NCBI RefSeq assembly: GCF_006345805.1
Contig: NW_021828395.1
Span: 1-8,627, forward strand
Length of the DNA: 8,627 nucleotides
Origin: Octopus sinensis
Taxonomy: Eukaryota
Direction of reading: 5' to 3'
The notes beneath the pieces were generated by a model that had not been told where the DNA came from, did not search any database, and saw only the letters and a list, made by a program, of their open reading frames with translations. Positions 1 to 6,860 of the stretch are shown in pieces. The translations under genes were made by a program, and so were the position numbers. How positions within the stretch are numbered: the first letter of the stretch is position 1; each line of letters begins with the position of its first letter.

Positions 1-125
1 GGACATCGTAGTTGTTCATTTTGACCAAAACGCAGAAAAATTTTTTTAATTTTTTTTGGGGGGAAGGTTTTAAGGACCTCATCATGTAAGTCGAGGACAT
101 CGTATTGCCAATTTGAAGTTGTGTG

Positions 126-194
126 CACACACAGACAGACAGACAGACCAGACACACAGACAGACACACAGACAGACAGACAGACAGACACACA
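126..194 (+). repeat. Compound (CAGA)n/(CA)n microsatellite
   Basis: Directly visible: cacacacagacagacagacagaccagacacacagacagacacacagacagacagacagacagacacacac. Confidence 0.95.
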
Positions 195-207
195 CCTACC
201 ATTTTAT

Positions 208-821
208 TTTTTTTTTTTTTTTTTTTTTTTTTAATAGGAAACTTTAATTTATACAAACAAGACAAAAATTACAGATAGCTAAGTTAGTAAAGGCCTCACG
301 AGACACCCGACCAGCCGCGCGAATGGCGAAGACGTTCCCTCGGATCACAGCAATCGACAGACGTTCCAGGAGCCAAGAAAACTCTCTTGATCGTGACTAG
401 TCCTTGAAATCCGTCGACCGAGCGAGCGAAGGAAGCGGAGTGTCTTGGGACCGAAGATCCCGGAGGACTCCAAGGCAATTGGAGTAGTAAGAGCAGCGAG
501 TTGGACAGGTGGCCGTACTTGAGAATCTTTCGCTCCTCGGCCTGCCTGGAAGCGTGCCCAGGATTGGCGCGGACAGCGCGAGATTCCCAGCGAGAACGTG
601 TCCGAGCAGGTAGAATCCCAAATAAGGGATTTCCCCTGCTCGTAGGGGAAGGTGGACATGCCGTCAGGGCGTTTGCCATCCCCTCTATCCATCCAACAGG
701 TTCAGGATAGACGGGATGCCTGCTGAGGCGAGGGCTCTCTGTACGACTGAGTTGAGTTCACTGTGACGGGGGGCACGACCGGCACTCCGCCGGCAAGCGA
801 GGGGATGCAAACCGTACTCGC
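208..821 (-). mobile_element. CRE-like non-LTR retrotransposon copy 1 (5'-truncated, RLE domain only, poly(A) tail, 13-bp TSD)
   Basis: Poly-T 207/208-232 is the poly(A) tail. Perfect direct repeat CCTACCATTTTAT at 195-207 and 843-855. The frameshift-corrected minus-strand protein reads [113 protein letters not shown], i.e. the end of the zinc knuckle plus a PD-(D/E)xK restriction-like endonuclease. Stop at 244-246. Confidence 0.9.
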
Positions 822-846
822 AACCCTAACCCTAACCCTAACCCTA
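822..846 (-). repeat. Short interstitial telomeric-type repeat (TTAGGG)4 at the 5' junction of CRE-like copy 1
   Basis: Plus strand AACCCT x4 at 822-845, plus A846. The last unit overlaps the TSD copy at 843-855 by CCTA. Confidence 0.9.
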
Positions 847-1014
847 CCATTTTATATTAAGATAATAAACAAGTTTAAAAAAATCAAAAATCGAAATAAT
901 CGCAAGAAAATCACAATGCCAAAAATCCCATCAACTTTTAATTATAAAATAAAAATTTTATTTCTAAAATATATAAGTCGATCGCCAAAAAATCTCAATA
1001 TGAAAAGTAGCTCG

Positions 1015-1171
1015 AAAAAAAAAAGTTGGCCATATCCTGCCGTATGTGATGAGATGTACATTACGGCTTCACTTGTTACCGAACGAACCTTCCAGCACAG
1101 ACAGCAGCTGAGATTCAAACCCTGAAACTCGAGAGTTGTCAACAGGATCTCGGCCACTCAGCTGTTCGATA
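1015..1171 (-). mobile_element. Possible tRNA-derived SINE-like / Pol III-type element
   Basis: Minus strand: A-box-like CAGCTGAGTGG starting at 1164 and B-box-like GGGTTTGAATC at 1122-1112, with tRNA-like spacing (44 nt from position 8 to G53). T-stem pairs 4 of 5; the acceptor stem does not pair. A GC-richer body ends in a T10 run (1024-1015). No TSD identified. Confidence 0.35.
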
Positions 1172-1649
1172 TTTTAGCATGAAATGAAAATGGAATATTT
1201 TGAGAGAATTGATGGCAAGAAATTTTAAAAATATTACTAGAAGTGCACATTTAAAAACTAAACTTTAATGTTCTTGAGATGCGTGAAATGATATTTTGTG
1301 AGTAACTTTAATTTCCATTTCTTTTGCGAATTTTGCTTGAAGAATAAAAAAATACGATTCTTTTTGATCAGAACAAAACACGCCTGGCTTTATTGTATTT
1401 GACAAAAAAACAAAAATATATTATTTCTTATGATCTCTGAAAATAATTTATAACAAGTGGATCTGAAAAAATTAAGAAAATAGGACTTACTTTTTGATAG
1501 ATCAAGAAATTTTATTAATTAATTAAAATAATAGCAAGAAATGAAAATGAAAATGTTGTATCACAAAGAAATGAAAATTTGTTTTCACATTGGATATACA
1601 ATTTTTGAGCAAGGCGATTCAAAAAAATCTATTTAATTTATTCTGAACT

Positions 1650-2787
1650 TTAATTCATACAAAAAATCATCAATAATTGCACTTGTGAGGGCTGTTTTAT
1701 TTCAGCAATTGTTGATAGTCTTAGAAAAAATGTCACTCCAAGCATATGACGTAAAAATTACTGCATCTTTTATATTAATCTGTTTGAATAGCTATTCAGA
1801 ATTTGTTTGGGAATCAATTTCGTTCACAACATGAGAGAGTTGGTAATGATAATATCGAGAACACTTGATTATTCCTGCGTCCAATGGTTGAATTTTGTTG
1901 TTGAGTTTTTTGAAGATAATAGCTCAATAAAATTACTGTCATAACTAATTTTATGACTTGGACAATAGTCAGAAATCAATTATATTTTTCTTTTTAATTT
2001 CATATCTATATTCATTAATCATAAATTGGATTCTTTTGGATCCATCCACGAGGTTTGGTTGTATGAATATCTACAAAATGCTGAATAATTGAAATTTTGA
2101 ATTTTCTGGGTTTTTTGAATTTTCCAATTATAAAGGGCATTAGTTTTTCACTCCCATCTCTATAGCAGCAAAATAGAACTGTTATTCTTTTTTTGGATTT
2201 TCTAATCACATATATGATTTTCGAACAATACTCTTTGAAGGCGCAAAAGAGTGAGGTCTCATTACAGTTAAATATGTTTGAACGTTTGTATGAAATAAAT
2301 TTTTCTTTCAATAAAGTCATCAATGCTGATGATGACTTATCATAGTTACAAACTTTTTTTCAGATCCTTCGCCATTACATACTCTCATATGAATATTGTG
2401 ATGCTTTTAAATTTCGACACCCAGCTATTAGATCCTTTAAATACATCAGTTTCATTTGAATTAGAACACACATTTCCATTTTCAAAAAATGACTTTGCCT
2501 TTTCCTTGCCGATTACATCATTATAAAACCCACCACCGGCTTCAACCATATCGACCCATTCCTTTAGCTTGCTTGAAATTCAGATTTCGTGGCATAGAAT
2601 TTATATTTTCATTTAAAGCAAAAGCTTTTTTTAGATCTACTTCAATATCAAGATAATGTTTAATAGATCGACGTTTATTTCCCTCTTGAATAGCAAAAAA
2701 ATATTTCAGAAAATCTATTTATTGCAGTATTCAATAATACCGATTTTTTCTGATAAATTTAGAGCGACTGTTAATTATCAGCGACAT
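1650..2787 (-). pseudogene. pogo/Tigger (Tc5/CENP-B-like) DDE_1 transposase pseudogene, element A
   Basis: Manual translation across frameshifts and stops: LNLSEKIGIIEYCNK, LKEWVDMV..KEKAKSFF..FKGSNSWVSKFK.HNI..GE (CENP-B HTH), NIFNCNETSLF (first catalytic D replaced by N), KRITVLFCC..GSEKLMPFIIGKFKKPR, SWM, ISDYCPSH, IQPLDAGIIK, DAVIFTSYAWSDI..TINNC*NK. Boundaries are approximate. Confidence 0.85.
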
Positions 2788-3053
2788 AGTTTTTTTAATG
2801 AAAATAACCCGCATTTTGATAAACTTACATATAAAAACACAAAAAAACACACAGATTCACCAAAAGAACAGACAAGAACACGTTATTAATTTTTAATCAA
2901 TTAATTAATCATTTAACTAAATTAATTAATAAACATTAATAAAAAATTTTAATAAGTCTGAAAAAGTGGTTAAAATTAGAAAAATAGTAAAAAAATAGAA
3001 AAACATAAGGGAAAAAAATTTCATTTTTATGGTAAAAAAGGAGTGGCACATCA

Positions 3054-3083
3054 TAGAGGTGATAAATTAGAGAAGTTTGACTA
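3054..3083 (-). repeat. Degenerate putative 5' TIR of pogo/Tigger element A
   Basis: TAGAGAAGTTTGACTACA (3068-3085) matches 14/18 to the right TIR plus TA of element B (TAGAGAGGGTTGACTGTA) and lies about 300 bp upstream of the element A ATG. The partner TIR was not found. Confidence 0.45.
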
Positions 3084-3264
3084 CATAAGTTGCTTAAAAA
3101 AACAAACACGTTCTCACCATAAAAGTGACCCTATCGATAATCTAATCCAGGAATTCTCAACCTTTTTTGTTCATCGTCCCCTTAGATATTTTATCGCCCC
3201 CTTGTCCACATACAAATTTAAAATTTTTGTGCATTGTCCTTTAATTGGTTGTTTTTTGTATATA

Positions 3265-4566
3265 CAGTCAACCCTCTCTATAGTGAAACCCTCTCTATAG
3301 TGAACAGGCCATATTAATGCAATCTACAATAACAAATATTAGTAATTCTCATAATATATTTATTATAAAATGAATACCACGTTTAAAAATGTATAATATC
3401 ATTTTTTAAATATTTTTGTGATCACTATTAAAGAATAGTGAACGTCAAATTTTTGTGAACATAAAAATATTAAATTTAATATTTTTACATATATATTTAA
3501 AATTCTTTAAAATGAATAAACTAGACGTTCTACAGTTGTTAGCATGGTGGAAAATCGAAAACGCCTGTCATTTTTTCAAAAGAAGGAAATAATCGAATTT
3601 TATCAAAAAAGACATTACACACAGCGCGATTTATCCCTTTATTTCAATGTTTCTCTGGGCTGCATAAACAAAATTTTGAAAAATTCTGAAGGAATACTTA
3701 ATGTTCAAGATGACCAAAAAAAGAAGAAAATTTACTTCCCCAAGTCTCAACCATTCGACAGAGATTTATTTGAATGGTTCGTTAAAAAACGATCATTTGG
3801 ATTTACAATCAATGAATATCTTTTGAAGTCCATGTCTCTAAAAATGGCGAAAGTTTAATATTCAAGGATTTCAAGCATCAAATGGATGGCTTGAGAAATT
3901 TAAAAATCGATATTGCATTGCTTCCCGTGCTTTATGTGGGGAAAATCAATTTGTTGAAAACCTCTGTGATTGGAAAATTTTACAGAAAGCCTCAATAGAA
4001 AATTATAACAATATTGTTCAAAAATATTTTTAATTTGGAAGAAACTGGATTGTTTTTTAAAACTTTTGTCGAACAGAACATTAGCTGTTGACTCGGACAA
4101 AAATCTGTCTAATAAACAGATAAAAGAAAGAGTAACTGTTATGTTTTGCGTTAGTATAATGGGAGAAAAACTGACCCATTTGTTATTGAAAAAGCCAAAA
4201 ATCCACGCTGCTTTAAAGGAAGAAGAAATTTAATTAATATTTACAAGTGGAATACAAATCAAATAAAAAAGCATGGATGACATATGGCTAGTGAATATGA
4301 AGCTAGTGAATATGCGAAGGCGCTTGAATTATGGTTTCTTGAGAATGATTATGAACAAAGAGAAAAGTATACGAAATACAAAAAATTTTAAGAATTATCA
4401 AACTAATCATTCTCAAAATCACCGATTCATGATAAAATCTCTAAATAATCTTTGTAATTATACTTCAATATTGTTTATTGTTATTTTGATTCTTTTGTTC
4501 ACTATAGACAATAGTGAACATGATGTTTGACGTGGACATTTTGTTCATTATAGAGAGGGTTGACTG
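3265..4566 (+). mobile_element. pogo/Tigger element B, complete ends, internally deleted (non-autonomous)
   Basis: 23-bp TIRs: CAGTCAACCCTCTCTATAGTGAA (3265-3287) versus 4544-4566, 22/23 identical. TA on both sides (3263-3264, 4567-4568). Inserted in the 3' non-coding part of the hAT element. Confidence 0.92.
3544..4430 (+). pseudogene. pogo/Tigger transposase pseudogene of element B (HTH domains plus start of DDE_1; core deleted)
   Basis: MVENRKRLSFFQKKEII (HTH_psq-like), DLFEWFVKKR..FQASNGWLEKFKNRY..LCGE (CENP-B HTH), NIFNLEETGLFF, KERVTVMFCVS, NKKAWMT. It then jumps at about 4286 to a C-terminal-like ASEYAKALELWF segment; the DN..H and QPLD motifs are absent. Confidence 0.88.
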
Positions 4567-4631
4567 TAACTCAAAAATCAAAATATAAAACAATAAATCA
4601 AATGTAATTAAAATTGAATTTTTACTAAACA

Positions 4632-4703
4632 TTTTCGAACCAATATAATAATTTTTCGAATCAATATAATAATTTTTCGAATCAATATAATAATTTTTCG
4701 AAT
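4632..4703 (+). repeat. 21-bp minisatellite, about 3.4 copies
   Basis: TTTTCGAA(C/T)CAATATAATAAT at 4632-4652, 4653-4673 and 4674-4694, plus a partial copy at 4695-4703. Reads SKNYYID repeats in the minus-strand ORF 4465..4917. Confidence 0.95.
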
Positions 4704-4719
4704 TTTCTGAATATTCAAT

Positions 4720-5011
4720 CGAACCAGCGAAATATTCAATGTCGGATTTAATTCTACTCAACTTTATGCGTATATCACCTCTATTACACACTTCCAGTCT
4801 ATTTTTTTCACATTGTGTGTTATAATTGACAAAACTAAATCCACTTTCAACTAAATAAGTGGTAGGGAATATCAATAGTACATTTCTTATTTCCTTCCAT
4901 AAATTTGGAAATTTCATTTGTAGATCTTTCGATTACCAAAATTTAGAGATACCATCCTGCTGAAATCTGTGAATATATTCTTCATTATTTTTCAATTTAA
5001 TTATCTCTTCT
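4720..5011 (-). pseudogene. hAT transposase C-terminal (dimerisation-domain) fragment
   Basis: EEIIKLKNNEEYIHRFQQDGISKFW*SKDLQMKFPNLWKEIRNVLLIFPTTYLVESGFSFVN..KNRLEVCNRGDIRIKLSRIKSDIEYF, the FPTxYLxExGFS..RGDxRxxL pattern of Charlie/SCAND3-type hAT transposases. Confidence 0.88.
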
Positions 5012-5267
5012 CACGATAGCAACGGAGATCAACTGGAGAAGCCACCGGGTCTCACGTGTGTCGTGGCTTTTTAATGTGGCTAAGCGTCCATACTTCTTTA
5101 GGAAGCGAAGCGATTTCCCACTTATTCCTCCAGTTGTCTCGACCACAATCGGACAGAAAACGTGAGAGGCAACGCAACGTCAATTATGTTGGCGGGGTCC
5201 ACTTCGGACAGATGGCTTTATTAGCTAATTAGTTTCTTTTTTAACTGTTTTTGTTAGTGTAATAATT
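5012..5267 (+). mobile_element. CRE-like non-LTR retrotransposon copy 3: 3' fragment with inverted 5' part, 12-bp TSD
   Basis: TSD ATTATCTCTTCT at 5000-5011 and 5268-5279; removing the insert restores the hAT frame (ETI*EEIIKL). Minus strand 5158-5012 encodes FCPIVVETTGGISGKSLRFLKKYGRLATLKSHDTRETRWLLQLISVAIV. Plus strand 5162-5224 encodes VRGNATSIMLAGSTSDRWLY*. Together they align without gaps to the C-termini of copies 1 and 2. Confidence 0.88.
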
Positions 5268-5348
5268 ATTATCTCTTCTTAGATTGTTTCGTTCATATCT
5301 TCTGGCACACATGAAAACGGATCAATTAACCATGCTTCAAATTCCAAA

Positions 5349-5427
5349 TCAAACAAATCTTTGAATCTAAGAGATATATCCGCTTCTAGTTCCTTCAAAT
5401 GTTGATAATATGTCATAATATTGTTTT
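5349..5427 (+). repeat. Direct duplication of hAT coding sequence, left copy (partner 8183-8258)
   Basis: TCAAACAAATCTTTGAATCTAAG(AGA)TATATCCGCTTCTAGTTCCTTCAAATGTTGA(T/C)AATATGTCATAATATTGTTTT: 79 bp versus 76 bp, differing by one substitution and one 3-bp indel. Confidence 0.95.
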
Positions 5428-5499
5428 CGGTGCCAGACAACTCGCCTGTAGGCGAGTTGTCCTGGAACTCGACAATAACAAGGACGGACAACTCGCCTA

Positions 5500-6816
5500 G
5501 GAAGAAAACAATAAAAATTTTATATGTTAGAGAAAATTTATCAGATTTAGGTAGTTCCAATTTTCCGCACTTCGCTTGACACATCCTCACATACTTTTCT
5601 TCTTCTAGCACACAAAGTACATTAATTAGATTTGTCAGGTGAGGATGGGCGGTTAGAAAAAAACTATTAAGAACCCGATGCCAAGATTCTAGTACATTTG
5701 AAGTTCTTGGAACAGATGATTTGATCCTTTCAAAACATGACCAAAATGAAACATCATAACTTGGCGATTCACCATCAAGTCCGGGAATAAATTGTTTTTT
5801 GAAATATTCCAAAAATTCATCTAGCTTTGTATCCTTTTCGGTCATTTCTGCATAATTAAGCAGATTTTTTCGAATTGGAAAAGAAACATCCTTCTCATCA
5901 ATAAAAGCCAGAGAAAAGCAATCTCTGATAATCTGGGTGTTGCCACTCTTTATCTTTGTATTGACACAAAGTCTCTCGGCTTGGACTCTCCTCCAAATCA
6001 TCTGCCCAAGATGAAAGTTGCACCCCGACACCCTAGCCGAAGTAAAAACTGCAGCCGAAGAGTTAATTAGCCCCTTTCAAAGTCCAAAACAATATGTTCT
6101 GGGTCACTGTCAGTTAGGGTTTTGACCTCATTAAAAAAGTGCGTATAGCACTCTTGCGTTTTATTCGCCAAAAGCCCGAAAACACAAGGCCAGTAACTAC
6201 CCAAATATTTGACAAATATCGTCACCAATTGTTGAAAATGATTTGGGACACTTTTAAATGTTCCATCAACAATCCAAATTTTCGACTTTTTAGAAAACAA
6301 AGCTGAAAATCAGAAGCAAAAATGACGTGTCGGTTAACGTCATTGATTCCAGAATCTTTGCGAAAAAACGTTTCACCACGTTTGTTTTTTTACAGCCATC
6401 AGGAATATCAGATCTCGTAACAGCTGTTACTTGCATGCTTCTGTTTCTGACTCGAGTCACAGTCTTAGCCATTGATTGTGTCTTTGGGAGATTCCCTTTG
6501 ACTTCTGCTGAATAGGCCGCTACTGTATTCACAACAACATTTAGTGGCCTATCCATTGACTCGGCTGCTTTTTTCCGCAGTTCAGCTTTAGCCTCGAGGA
6601 GTTTGATTGAGTTATCATCTTCTGGATGATGATTATCTCTACCCTATCAACGACTTCGCTGTTCTCGTCCAAAATAAACGCCCCCCGACACGTTCGTTTC
6701 CGACATCTTCATCTCGTCGTTTTTTCGTCAATGTCCCTATCCTTATTGTAAAGATAGTTGTCCAAAATTACCACCTCACTCTTTCTTTGGCCTAATATCT
6801 TTTTAATTGTAGCCAT
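5500..6816 (-). pseudogene. FLYWCH + MULE transposase pseudogene
   Basis: ATG at 6816: MATIKKILGQRKSEVVILDNYLYNKD..TTR*RCRKRTCRG..(H)NHHP (FLYWCH-like); WIVDGTFKSVPNHFQQLVTI..WPCVFGLLANKTQECY..IVLDFERGLIN..VSGCNFHLGQMIWR..RTSNVLESWH (MULE catalytic motifs DGTF, DFE, GCxFH, RTxNxxExWH). One TGA at the conserved Trp and four frameshifts. The C-terminus runs into the TIR without a stop. Confidence 0.9.
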
Positions 6817-6860
6817 TTATTAGGATTTAATTTAATTAAAAATTTTAACAAAAGAAGAAA

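Larger units (their letters stand above)
1..862 (-). mobile_element. Probable non-autonomous Helitron-type (Lep1-like) element, 5' end; interrupted by the CRE-like insertion; other end outside the window or not recognisable
   Basis: Removing the insertion and one TSD copy restores a minus-strand start A|TCTTAATATAAAATGGTAGGTGTGTGTCTGTCTG: a TC 5' terminus after an A, an AT-rich leader, then a (TGTC)n microsatellite. This layout is recalled from Lep1-type Helitrons. GGACATCGTA occurs twice (1-10, 95-104). No 3' hairpin/CTRR end is seen. Confidence 0.5.

Noticed and set aside
822-846. True chromosome end or healed telomere
   Set aside because: Only four units, internal, and bracketed by a TSD with continuous host sequence on both sides.
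763-1125. 120-aa plus-strand ORF and other short ORFs (501..710, 942..1157, 2323..2526, 2656..2889, 3043..3300, 3900..4100, 6327..6515, 6607..6795, 7344..7631, 7411..7662, 7537..7794, 7827..8009, 8023..8220) as genes
   Set aside because: They are antisense or alternate frames of TE sequence or cross element junctions; TLTLTLP is just the translated telomeric repeat. No recognisable domains.
1101-1171. Functional tRNA gene, or a telomerase-RNA template (AAACCCTGAAAC)
   Set aside because: The acceptor stem cannot pair and no clear anticodon arm is seen. The CCCT motif is simply the antisense of the B-box-like sequence and does not template TTAGGG.
1180-1620. Possible 3' end of pogo element A or another coding remnant
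   Set aside because: No partner TIR or recognisable peptide found by manual reading; left unassigned.
2881-2960. AT-only quasi-palindromic stretch (TTAATTAA motifs)
   Set aside because: Low complexity; such symmetry is expected by chance at this composition. It is probably the upstream region of pogo element A.
3022-3128. 12-bp imperfect inverted repeat CATTTTTATGGT / ACCATAAAAGTG
   Set aside because: Short, AT-rich, no TSD, and it straddles the putative pogo A terminus; compatible with chance.
4632-4703. CRISPR-like array
   Set aside because: Head-to-tail units with no spacers, eukaryotic TE context and no cas genes.
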